NCBI GenBank assembly: GCA_963663995.1
Contig: OY760660.1
Coordinates: 1,740,001 to 1,772,000 of the forward strand
Direction: 5' to 3'
Length of the DNA: 32,000 nt
Origin: Erysipelotrichaceae bacterium
GTDB taxonomy: Bacteria; Bacillota_I; Bacilli_A; Erysipelotrichales; Erysipelotrichaceae
Positions 16,170-24,747 of this stretch are shown in pieces (the stretch's first letter is position 1; each line of letters begins with the position of its first letter). The notes beneath the pieces are model-generated. The model ran no database searches and was not told where the DNA came from. It was given only the letters and a program-made list of their open reading frames with translations. The position numbers and the translations under genes were made by a program.

Positions 16170-17390
16170 ATGAGTAGAGTTTTTATTGTAAGTGCAAAAC
16201 GTTCAGCCATTGGATCTTTCCTTGGTTCTTTAAAAGATGTAAGTGCAGGAGATTTAGGTGCAGCTGTTGTCAAAGCGATTATTGATGAAAGTAAAATTGA
16301 TCCAACTAATTTAGATGAAGTGATTATGGGCAATATATTACCTGCTGGACAAGGACAAGGTGTCGCAAGACAAGTTGCGATAAAAGCAGGTGTACCAGTT
16401 ACAGTCCCTGCCTTTGGCGTAAATATGGTTTGTGGCAGTGGTTTAAAAACAGTTATGTTGGCTTATGTTCAAATTAAATCCGGTTTATCTAATTTAATCA
16501 TTGCTGGTGGCACTGAAGTGATGAGTGCAGCTCCTTTTTTGATGTCAGGATCACTTCGTAACGGTCAAAAAATGGGTGAGTTAAAAGCACAAGATCATAT
16601 GTTAAGAGATGCACTGCTTGATGCATTTGATGATCAACATATGGGAATTACTGCTGAGAATGTAGCGCAAAAATACAATATTACCCGTGAAATGCAAGAT
16701 GCATTCTCATATGAATCTCAACAAAGAGCAATTAAAGCAATTGATAATGGTGCATTTGTAGATGAAATAGTCCCTATTCATATTCCAAGTCGTAAAGGTG
16801 AAATTATCTTTGATCAAGATGAATATCCCAATCGAAATACTAATTTAGAAAAATTAGCTAGTTTAAGACCAGCCTTTAAGAAAGATGGGACTGTTACAGC
16901 TGGTTCTAGTTCAGGTATTAATGATGGAGCAAGTGCAGTGCTTGTCGCGTCTGAAGAAGCCATAAAAAAATACAATCTAACTCCTCTTGTTGAAATCATA
17001 GGTATTGGCGAGGGTGGGGTTGAACCGACTGTCATGGGTCTTGGTCCTACTCCGGCAATACGTATGGCACTTAAACATGCAGACTTAAATCTTAATAAAA
17101 TTGATGTACTGGAATTAAATGAAGCTTTTGCGGCTCAATCCTTAGGTGTTATTCAAGAATTAGTAAATGAGTATGAAGTTACAAAAGATGAACTTCTTCA
17201 AAAGACTAATCCAAATGGTGGTGCAATCGCATTAGGTCATCCTGTAGGTGCATCAGGTAATAGAATCTTTGTCACTTTGATTCATGAAATGAAAAAAGCT
17301 GAACAAAACTATGGTTTAGCGTCGTTATGTATTGGTGGTGGCATGGGAACTGCTGTCATTGTAAAAAATGTAGAAAAAGGAGAATTTTAA
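16170..17390 (+). CDS. Acetyl-CoA C-acetyltransferase (thiolase II)
   Basis: Motifs NMVCGSGLK (nucleophilic Cys), NPNGGAIALGHPVGASG and LCIGGGMGTA. The start is set at ATG 16170 (MSRVFIVSAKRSAIGSF), with the RBS GGAG at 16161-16164. Confidence 0.9.
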   Translation: MSRVFIVSAKRSAIGSFLGSLKDVSAGDLGAAVVKAIIDESKIDPTNLDEVIMGNILPAGQGQGVARQVAIKAGVPVTVPAFGVNMVCGSGLKTVMLAYVQIKSGLSNLIIAGGTEVMSAAPFLMSGSLRNGQKMGELKAQDHMLRDALLDAFDDQHMGITAENVAQKYNITREMQDAFSYESQQRAIKAIDNGAFVDEIVPIHIPSRKGEIIFDQDEYPNRNTNLEKLASLRPAFKKDGTVTAGSSSGINDGASAVLVASEEAIKKYNLTPLVEIIGIGEGGVEPTVMGLGPTPAIRMALKHADLNLNKIDVLELNEAFAAQSLGVIQELVNEYEVTKDELLQKTNPNGGAIALGHPVGASGNRIFVTLIHEMKKAEQNYGLASLCIGGGMGTAVIVKNVEKGEF

Positions 17391-17391
17391 G

Positions 17392-18111
17392 ATGAGATTA
17401 GAAGGTAAAGTAGCGATTGTTACAGGGGGAGCAAAAGGGCTTGGTGAAGCCATGGCAAAACGATTTGCCGATGAAGGAGCTAAAGTTATCGCTGTAGATA
17501 TGAGCGACTTAGCTTATGAATATACAAATGTTGATGGTTATAAGCTAAATGTAACGGATACTGAAGCGTGTCAAAAATTCTTTGATGATGTTACAGAAAA
17601 ATATGGTCGTATTGATGTCTTAGTTAATAATGCTGGAATTACACGTGATTCAACTACTAGAAAAATGACAGATGAAATGTTTGATCTTGTTATATCAGTC
17701 AATCTAAAAGGTGTCTTTAATTTAACACGCCTTGTAGGACCATATATGCAGGATCACAAATCAGGTTCAATTATTAATATCTCATCGATTGTTGGTGTTT
17801 ATGGGAATTATGGTCAAGCTAATTATGCAGCATCGAAAGCAGGTGTTATTGGTATGACTAAGACTTGGGCGAGAGAATTTGCTGCTAAAGGTGGTAATGT
17901 TCGCGTTAATGCAATTGCACCAGGCTATGTTATGACTGATATCTTAAAAACCGTTCCTCAAGATTTACTAGATAAATTCTCAGCTATGACGATGGTCGGG
18001 CGTTTAGGACAACCTGAAGAAATTGCTAATGCTGCATTATTTCTAGCAAGTGAAGAGGCGTCATATGTGACAGGTCATGTACTAGAAGTCAATGGAGGCA
18101 TGCGTCTATGA
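17392..18111 (+). CDS. Short-chain dehydrogenase/reductase, 3-oxoacyl-(ACP/CoA) reductase type (FabG/PhaB-like)
   Basis: Motifs TGGAKGLG, NNAGITRD and YxxxK in NYAASKAG, with PGYVMTD and a C-terminal NGGM. By eye it resembles both FabG and acetoacetyl-CoA reductase PhaB. Confidence 0.85.
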   Translation: MRLEGKVAIVTGGAKGLGEAMAKRFADEGAKVIAVDMSDLAYEYTNVDGYKLNVTDTEACQKFFDDVTEKYGRIDVLVNNAGITRDSTTRKMTDEMFDLVISVNLKGVFNLTRLVGPYMQDHKSGSIINISSIVGVYGNYGQANYAASKAGVIGMTKTWAREFAAKGGNVRVNAIAPGYVMTDILKTVPQDLLDKFSAMTMVGRLGQPEEIANAALFLASEEASYVTGHVLEVNGGMRL

Positions 18112-19004
18112 AACAATATGATGTTCAAACATTAAAACTAAGTAATACTGAAACAATTGCTTATCGTCAATGCGGTAATGCTGATAAATGTTTAGTTTTA
18201 GTCCATGGAAACATGAGTTCATCTGTCCATTATCAAATTGCGATGGAAAAATTTGAAGAAGACTATACTGTCTATGCACTTGATTTAAGAGGTTTTGGTG
18301 ATAGTAGTTTTGTTAATGAAATTACTAGTTTAAAAGACTTTGCTGAAGATGTTGAATTATTCATCGAAGCATTTGATTTAAATAATGTAAATCTTTGTGG
18401 TTGGTCTACGGGAGGTGGAGTTGTTCTAGAAGTTGCCGCTGATATGCCAGAGCGTATAGCTAAAGTATTCTTACTAGATTCAGTTGGTATCAAAGGTTAT
18501 CCTATGTTTAAAAAGGATGATAAAGGGCAAGCCATTTTAACTCAAATGATTCATACAAAAGAGGAAATTGCCTCAGATCCTGTCCAAGTACTTCCTGTTT
18601 TAAATGCTTATGCGAATAAAAACAAAGACATCATGAAAATGATCTGGAATGCAGTGATTTATAATACCCATCAACCTAGTGATGAAGATTACGAATTATA
18701 TTTAGAAGCGATGTTTAAACAAAGAAACTTAGTGGATGTAGACTATGCGCTTGTTCATTTCAATATGACCAATACAAGTAATGGCATTGAAGAAGGTAGT
18801 GGACGTATTGCTTTAATCAAATGTCCGGTAGTAATTATGCATGGTGAAAATGATCTTGTAGTTCCATTTATGTATGCTCAAGAAATGAAAGAAGCATTTA
18901 AAGATCAAGCTACGCTTATCCCTTTAAAAAACGTTGGGCATTCTTGTTTAACAGATGATATCGACTTGTTTGTTTCAACACTTAAGGAACAAATTGCTTT
19001 ATGA
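18108..19004 (+). CDS. Alpha/beta-fold serine hydrolase (substrate unknown)
   Basis: Oxyanion HGN, nucleophile elbow GWSTGG (GxSxG), GENDLVVP (Asp) and VGHSCL (His). ATGA overlaps occur on both sides. Confidence 0.75.
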   Translation: MKQYDVQTLKLSNTETIAYRQCGNADKCLVLVHGNMSSSVHYQIAMEKFEEDYTVYALDLRGFGDSSFVNEITSLKDFAEDVELFIEAFDLNNVNLCGWSTGGGVVLEVAADMPERIAKVFLLDSVGIKGYPMFKKDDKGQAILTQMIHTKEEIASDPVQVLPVLNAYANKNKDIMKMIWNAVIYNTHQPSDEDYELYLEAMFKQRNLVDVDYALVHFNMTNTSNGIEEGSGRIALIKCPVVIMHGENDLVVPFMYAQEMKEAFKDQATLIPLKNVGHSCLTDDIDLFVSTLKEQIAL

Positions 19005-20020
19005 CAAATGAAAATATTGGCATTCGTGGTCTAGGTATTTATTTACCAAAAGGACGCATGAGTGCTGCTGAAATCGCTCAAAAAACAAATGGTGTTTGGG
19101 CAGAATCAGCTGTCATAGAAAAACTTGGAATTATTGAAAAGACAATTGCTTCTGATGAAGATGGCACTCAAGAAATGGGTGCATTGGCTTCACTTGAAGC
19201 GTTGAAGAATGCAGATATTGATCCTTTAGATATTGATGTTATTTTGTGTTTTGGTGAAGAATGGAAAGAATATCCATTAACCACTTCTGCACTTTATATT
19301 CAAGATCGAATTGGCGCAAAAAATGCTTGGGGTGTGGATGTTCAAAACCGTTGTTGCACATCTGTAACAGCTTTGAAAATGGCAAAAGATATGTTAATTG
19401 CTGATGAAGATATTAATACAATCTTAGTTTGTGGAGGCTATCGTAATGGGGACTTTGTTGACTATAGTGATAAACAAATGTCAATGATGTATAACCTTGG
19501 AGCAGGTGGCGGTGCCATTATTCTTCAAAAAGGCATGACTAAAAACTTATTATTAGGGACGCATATTATTTCTGATGGATCATTGGCTCGTACAGCTGGT
19601 GTTGAAATTGGTGGGACTTGTCATCCATTTACAAAAAATAATATTGAAGAAGGTTATAAATCCTTAAGATTATTAGATGCTGAAAAAATGAAGAATCGTT
19701 TAAATGAAGTATCTCAAAATAATTGGATGGAATGTATCGATAAAGCTTTAAAAAAATCGAATCTTGAAAGAAAAGACATTGGTTACTTAGATATTTTACA
19801 TATTAAACGATCAGCTCATATGGGTATGTTAAAGGATTTAGATCTAAATGAAGATCAATCAATTTATCTTGAACACTATGGTCATATTGGACAAGTTGAT
19901 CAAGTTCTATCCTTAGCTTTAGCGCTTGAAAACCAAAAGGTAAAAGATGGAACGGTTGTTTGTATGATTGCGGCTGGTATTGGTTATGTATGGGCAGCCA
20001 ATATTGTTCGTTGGGGTTAA
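19001..20020 (+). CDS. KAS III (FabH)-like thiolase-fold condensing enzyme, atypical
   Basis: At 339 aa. VDVQNRCCTSVTALKMA aligns with the FabH Cys112 region. LDILHIKRS aligns with the His244 region. YGHIGQVD sits where FabH has HGNTSAAS, so His replaces the catalytic Asn. The C-terminus AAGIGYVWAANIVRW is FabH-like. The alignment was made by hand. Confidence 0.65.
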   Translation: MTNENIGIRGLGIYLPKGRMSAAEIAQKTNGVWAESAVIEKLGIIEKTIASDEDGTQEMGALASLEALKNADIDPLDIDVILCFGEEWKEYPLTTSALYIQDRIGAKNAWGVDVQNRCCTSVTALKMAKDMLIADEDINTILVCGGYRNGDFVDYSDKQMSMMYNLGAGGGAIILQKGMTKNLLLGTHIISDGSLARTAGVEIGGTCHPFTKNNIEEGYKSLRLLDAEKMKNRLNEVSQNNWMECIDKALKKSNLERKDIGYLDILHIKRSAHMGMLKDLDLNEDQSIYLEHYGHIGQVDQVLSLALALENQKVKDGTVVCMIAAGIGYVWAANIVRWG

Positions 20021-20023
20021 ATT

Positions 20024-20899
20024 ATGGATATTTTCCTTCAACTTATACTTAGAAGTTTAGAAACAGGTAGTGTTTATGCACTAGCTGCTTTAGGTATCAT
20101 CATTATTTTTAGAACTTCAAATATTACGCACTTTGCGCAAGGTGTAATGGGGATGTTTAATACTTTTGTTGTAACCGTGATGTTTACAAAAGTACATCTA
20201 CCCTTATGGGCTTCCTTGCTAGTTGGTGTAATGTCTGCATTGTTTATTGGTTTCTTAGTGGATTTCCTTATTATTAGACATTCAAAGAAGGTTTCACCCT
20301 TAGCAAAACAAATCATTACATTAGGTTTAATTATGGTTATTTTAGGAATATCACCTCTATTTTTCGGTGTTGACCCACTGAATCTTCCTAAATTTTTCAA
20401 TAGTGGAGATTTTCATATCTTAGGTGCATCAATTTCTTATAATGGTTTGTTTAATATCTCACTTGGCCTTGGAGCGATGGGGATTGCTTTCTATGTCTTG
20501 ATGAATACAAAGTGGGGACTTGCGGTAAGAGTCACCGCATCAAATGAATTTACCGCACGGTTAATGGGTGTTCCAACAAAATCAGTAACTTTAGCTGCAT
20601 GGGGTGTTGCAGGGATCCTTGGTTTATTAGCTGGGGTACTTATTGCGCCAACAACGTCTGTTAATTTTAATTTAATGGATGGGGTTCAAATTAATGCTCT
20701 AGTCGCTTGTGTTCTTGGTGGTTTTCAAACCTTCTATGGACCAGTCTTAGGAGCATATGTTATTGGTATTCTTAAAAACTTATTTGTTTACTATGTGTCA
20801 GATGTTTGGGGTGAGCAATTACTGTATTTATTCATCCTTGTCTTTATTGCCTTTAGACCATATGGATTGATTGGTAAGAAAGTTGTGAAAAAGGTTTAG
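20024..20899 (+). CDS. Branched-chain-amino-acid-type (HAAT family) ABC transporter permease, LivH-like
   Basis: A 291-aa polytopic membrane protein with a LivH-like N-terminus (LQLILRSLETGSVYALAALGIIIIF). It sits next to LivM/G/F-like genes. Confidence 0.85.
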   Translation: MDIFLQLILRSLETGSVYALAALGIIIIFRTSNITHFAQGVMGMFNTFVVTVMFTKVHLPLWASLLVGVMSALFIGFLVDFLIIRHSKKVSPLAKQIITLGLIMVILGISPLFFGVDPLNLPKFFNSGDFHILGASISYNGLFNISLGLGAMGIAFYVLMNTKWGLAVRVTASNEFTARLMGVPTKSVTLAAWGVAGILGLLAGVLIAPTTSVNFNLMDGVQINALVACVLGGFQTFYGPVLGAYVIGILKNLFVYYVSDVWGEQLLYLFILVFIAFRPYGLIGKKVVKKV

Positions 20900-20900
20900 T

Positions 20901-21908
20901 ATGAAAAAAATAAATTTTAAACAACTTGTTCAACATCCCTATTTTGGTTATATCGTATTAGGACTTGGATTTATGATGATTCCAATTCTAGTCAATGCGA
21001 ATATTCTAAGAAGCAATTATGTAGGAATAATGGCATCTGTCATGATTTATTCTATCGCTGCTTTAGGGTTAAATTTATTACTTGGTTACTCAGGTTTAAT
21101 TTCACTTGGAACAGCAGGGTTTATGGGTATGGCAGCTTATATGTCTGCTTATATCACCATGGATCTAGGTCTTCCATTTGAGTTATCTATTGTGTTAGCC
21201 ATTACTGTTCCAACCCTACTAGGTATTTTAGTTGGTTTAGTATCCTTAAGAATAGAAGGCTTGTATTTAGCGATTGCTACTTTAGCAGTTTCAGAAATAC
21301 TACGTAAATCATTTTCTGAATTTGACACGATCACCAATGGTTTCTCTGGCAAATCAATTGGTTGGGTTAAATTCTTAATGGTTGTCAAAACGAACCAGTT
21401 CTTAATGTATGGATTTATTGTTTTAATTCTAATTATCGTTATGATTTTGATTCATAATCTCGTCTCTGGGCAAGCCGGTAGAGCGATGAATGCAATGCGT
21501 GGTAGTGAAGCAGCAGCTCAAGCGATGGGTGTTAATTTAATTCGAACTCGACTAATGGCATTTGCTTTCTCAACGGGTTTAGCATCCCTTGCGGGTGTAC
21601 TCTATATCCATTTTAATCGCTATACCTATCCAGCCTCATGGACGCTAGGTTTATCACTAAACTTAGTAGCCGCAATAGTTATTGGAGGTCTCAGAAATAT
21701 TTATGGAACGATCTTAGGCGTCTTTATAGTCTTTGCACTTCCCGATCTACTACTCAAACAAATTCCATATTTTGGAACCATTCCAAATTTTGCTTATATC
21801 GTAAATGGCATTCTTATCATTCTAGTTATTATGTTTTACCCACTTGGGGCTATCAGCATTGTGAATGATGTTAAAGCATTATTTAAACGAAAGGGGAAAA
21901 ACTCATGA
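20901..21908 (+). CDS. HAAT-family ABC transporter permease, LivM-like
   Basis: A 335-aa polytopic membrane protein. GYSGLISLGTAGFMGMAAY is a typical LivM motif. Confidence 0.85.
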   Translation: MKKINFKQLVQHPYFGYIVLGLGFMMIPILVNANILRSNYVGIMASVMIYSIAALGLNLLLGYSGLISLGTAGFMGMAAYMSAYITMDLGLPFELSIVLAITVPTLLGILVGLVSLRIEGLYLAIATLAVSEILRKSFSEFDTITNGFSGKSIGWVKFLMVVKTNQFLMYGFIVLILIIVMILIHNLVSGQAGRAMNAMRGSEAAAQAMGVNLIRTRLMAFAFSTGLASLAGVLYIHFNRYTYPASWTLGLSLNLVAAIVIGGLRNIYGTILGVFIVFALPDLLLKQIPYFGTIPNFAYIVNGILIILVIMFYPLGAISIVNDVKALFKRKGKNS

Positions 21909-22705
21909 GTTTAGATAAATCTGTATTAACAGTTAGTGAACTAGCGATTAGCTTTGGTGGGATTAAAGCGGTTGATAACTTAAGTTTTGATATTAAAGAA
22001 GGTGAAATATTTGGTTTGATCGGACCAAACGGTGCTGGAAAAACAACCGTATTTAATTGTATTACCCAATTTTATAAACCTGATACAGGATCGATTAAAT
22101 TTATTTCAAAGAATGATCAAGAATTTGAATTAACTCAACTTCAATCACATGAAATTATTCCATTAGGACTTGTTAGAACCTTCCAGAATTTAGAACTTAT
22201 TCGTGAACTGACAATCTTAGATAATGTCATGATTGGTGCACACGTTGATTTTAAAAGTAATGTCTTTGAGCAAACGTTCCAAACCAAAAAAGCTCGTCTT
22301 GAAGAAAAAGCGATACGTAAAGAAGCCATCAAGATCTTAGACTTTGTTGGCATAAGTGATCGTATGTATCAACTTGTTGGAGGACAACCCTATGGTGTCT
22401 TAAAGAAAGTTGAATTAGCACGCACACTCATGTGTCATCCAAAACTCATTATTCTAGACGAACCGGCGGCTGGTCTAAATGATACAGAATCAATGGATTT
22501 GGCTGCAGATATTAAAACGATTAGAGATGAATTTAATTGCAGTATCTTACTGGTTGAACATGATATGAGACTTGTTATGGAAGTCTGTGATCGAATCTGC
22601 GCCATAAACTTTGGTCACATGATGGCGATTGGTCAACCAAAAGAAATTCAAAAAAATAAGGATGTACAAGCAGCATACCTTGGCGCGGTGGAGGAAACAT
22701 CATGA
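21905..22705 (+). CDS. HAAT-family ABC transporter ATP-binding protein, LivG-like
   Basis: Walker A GPNGAGKTT, Walker B LIILDEPAAG, a LivG-type signature region QPYGVLKKVELAR, and the C-terminal AYLG. Confidence 0.9.
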   Translation: MSLDKSVLTVSELAISFGGIKAVDNLSFDIKEGEIFGLIGPNGAGKTTVFNCITQFYKPDTGSIKFISKNDQEFELTQLQSHEIIPLGLVRTFQNLELIRELTILDNVMIGAHVDFKSNVFEQTFQTKKARLEEKAIRKEAIKILDFVGISDRMYQLVGGQPYGVLKKVELARTLMCHPKLIILDEPAAGLNDTESMDLAADIKTIRDEFNCSILLVEHDMRLVMEVCDRICAINFGHMMAIGQPKEIQKNKDVQAAYLGAVEETS

Positions 22706-23418
22706 GTACATTACTCGAGATTAATCAATTGGTCGTTCGCTATGGTGCAATTGAAGCTGTTAAAGGCATTAATTTAAAGGTTGAAGAAGGATCTGTTGTG
22801 GCAATTCTTGGCGCAAATGGTTCTGGTAAGACAAGTACACTTCGAACCATCTCTGGTTTAATTGAACCAGCGGGTGGAACCATACAGTTTTTAAATCAAA
22901 ACATTGAAAACATGGAAGCTGAAAAAATCACTAAACTAGGGATTTCTCAGAGTCCAGAAGGGAGGCAGGTTTTCAGGGATTTAAGTGTAGAAGAGAATTT
23001 GAAAGTAGGAGCCTTTGTTTTAAAAGACAAACAGGAAATTAAGAGAAATTTTGAAAAAGTCTATCGTATGTTTCCTGTTTTACAAGAAAGAAAAAAACAA
23101 ATTGCATCTACATTGTCGGGTGGTGAACAACAGATGTTGGCGATCGCTAGATCACTCATGAGTTCTCCAAAATTACTCTTATTGGATGAACCATCACTCG
23201 GTTTAGCACCACTAATTGTTCGCGATATTATGCAAATCATTTCAAAAATTAAAGAGGAAGGTACAACTGTTATTATTGTTGAACAAAATGCAGCTCAAAC
23301 ATTAAAAATTGCAGATTATGCCTATGTCTTAGAATTAGGAACCATTCATACAGAAGGTTTAGCTTCTGACTTATTGAATGATCCTAATTTGATTCAAGCT
23401 TACTTAGGTAAGCACTAA
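22702..23418 (+). CDS. HAAT-family ABC transporter ATP-binding protein, LivF-like
   Basis: Walker A GANGSGKTS, signature LSGGEQQML, Walker B LLLLDEPS, and the C-terminal AYLG. Confidence 0.9.
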   Translation: MSTLLEINQLVVRYGAIEAVKGINLKVEEGSVVAILGANGSGKTSTLRTISGLIEPAGGTIQFLNQNIENMEAEKITKLGISQSPEGRQVFRDLSVEENLKVGAFVLKDKQEIKRNFEKVYRMFPVLQERKKQIASTLSGGEQQMLAIARSLMSSPKLLLLDEPSLGLAPLIVRDIMQIISKIKEEGTTVIIVEQNAAQTLKIADYAYVLELGTIHTEGLASDLLNDPNLIQAYLGKH

Positions 23419-23460
23419 ATTAACCTAATAATGCATGAAGCATTGTTAATAGGAGGAAAA

Positions 23461-24687
23461 ATGAAAAAGTTTTTAGTTTTATTAGTTAGTCTAGTACTAG
23501 TACTAGGACTCGTCGGTTGTTCACCAGCTGAAGAGGAAGAAGTCGCTGCTCAAGGTGTTACTGACACAGAAGTTCTAATCGCAAACTGTGCTGCAACATC
23601 AGGTGCATTTGCACCTGTTGGCGTTCCATTTATCGCAGGTATTCAAGCTTATCTCGATATGGTGAATGCTGATGGTGGTATTGATGGTCGTACGATTACG
23701 TTCTTACATCAAGATGATGAATTTGATCCTGTAAAAGGGAAAGCATGTGTTGCTTCTATGATTAATGATGAACAAGTATTTGCACTTGTTGGTCACTTTG
23801 GTACACCAGTTGTTGGTGCTACTTTAGAAGATATTAAAGAAGCAGGAATTCCAGCTGTTTATTTCGCAACAGGTATTGGTCAACTTTATGATGATCAAGC
23901 AACTGATGAAGAAATGAATCGTAATATTATGCCAGTTCAACCAATTTATAAGACAGAAGGTCAAATCATGGTTGCTCGTGCAGTTGGTACATTTGGAGCT
24001 GAAAAAATTGGTGTTATCTATACCAATGATGATGCTGGTAAAGACTTATTATTTGGTGCTGAAAAACAAGCAACTGAATTAGGTGTAGAACTTGTATCTG
24101 CACAAGTAGAACCAGGTGCTACAGATGTTAGTGCTGCTGTTACAAAGATTAAAGATGAAAATGTAGACTTTATCGTAGGTGCTGCTATTCAAGCAACGAT
24201 TCCTACAATTATTAAAGAATTAGCAAATCAAGCCGTTAATAAAGACGTGATTACAACTTATGTTAACGTATCACCAGCGATTGCTTCAACATTCATTGCA
24301 GACATTCAAAGTAAATTTGATGTTTATGGTAATGGTTGGGTAGCGATTGATGCTGATCATCAAGCAGCGATTGACGAATATGTCGCAAACATCGATGCTG
24401 AATATGCAGGTAATGCCTTTGCGATGACTGGCTGGATTGCAGCATCTTTCTTTGTTGAAGGCTTAAGCAGAGTTGAAGGAACAGTTACATGGGCTAAATT
24501 TATTGATGCGATGGAATCTGCACCAATTAACAACCCATTTGGTGGCGTCATTGACTTTGGTAATGGAGCTCGTTTAGGTACACAAGAAATGAATCTTTCT
24601 AAAGCTGTTGTCGGTGCATCTGCAACTGAAGGCACTTGGGAAGGTGTTGAACCTCTAGCTTCAATTACTTCTATTTTAGGTGAATAA
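23461..24687 (+). CDS. Lipoprotein substrate-binding protein of the Liv-type ABC importer (type I periplasmic-binding fold; ligand unknown)
   Basis: Signal peptide plus lipobox MKKFLVLLVSLVLVLGLVGC, followed by an acidic linker (SPAEEEE). About 400 aa with LivJ/K-like composition. The start is set at ATG 23461, with the RBS AGGAGG. Confidence 0.8.
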   Translation: MKKFLVLLVSLVLVLGLVGCSPAEEEEVAAQGVTDTEVLIANCAATSGAFAPVGVPFIAGIQAYLDMVNADGGIDGRTITFLHQDDEFDPVKGKACVASMINDEQVFALVGHFGTPVVGATLEDIKEAGIPAVYFATGIGQLYDDQATDEEMNRNIMPVQPIYKTEGQIMVARAVGTFGAEKIGVIYTNDDAGKDLLFGAEKQATELGVELVSAQVEPGATDVSAAVTKIKDENVDFIVGAAIQATIPTIIKELANQAVNKDVITTYVNVSPAIASTFIADIQSKFDVYGNGWVAIDADHQAAIDEYVANIDAEYAGNAFAMTGWIAASFFVEGLSRVEGTVTWAKFIDAMESAPINNPFGGVIDFGNGARLGTQEMNLSKAVVGASATEGTWEGVEPLASITSILGE

Positions 24688-24698
24688 TAATAACTAAA

Positions 24699-24717
24699 AG
24701 GGGGAGTCTCTCCCCCT
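24699..24717 (+). other. GC-rich intra-operon hairpin after the binding-protein gene
   Basis: AGGGGGAG / TCT / CTCCCCCT (8-bp stem) with no clean U-tract after it (ACCTTTCT). It lies 12 nt after the stop codon and 30 nt before the next ATG. Confidence 0.4.
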
Positions 24718-24747
24718 ACCTTTCTAACAATTATCTGGAGGATTCAA

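Noticed and set aside
4632-23460. N-terminal extensions in the ORF track: GTG 4632 (trpA), ATG 7853 (pepT, minus strand), TTG 7893 (WYL), ATG 9897 (CoADR), ATG 12462 (response regulator), ATG 14986 (msrB), ATG 16146 (thiolase) and ATG 23431 (binding protein).
   Set aside because: In each case an internal ATG has a properly spaced Shine-Dalgarno sequence and starts the conserved N-terminus of the family. The longer versions would begin inside a terminator hairpin, promoter, repeat array or the RBS itself.
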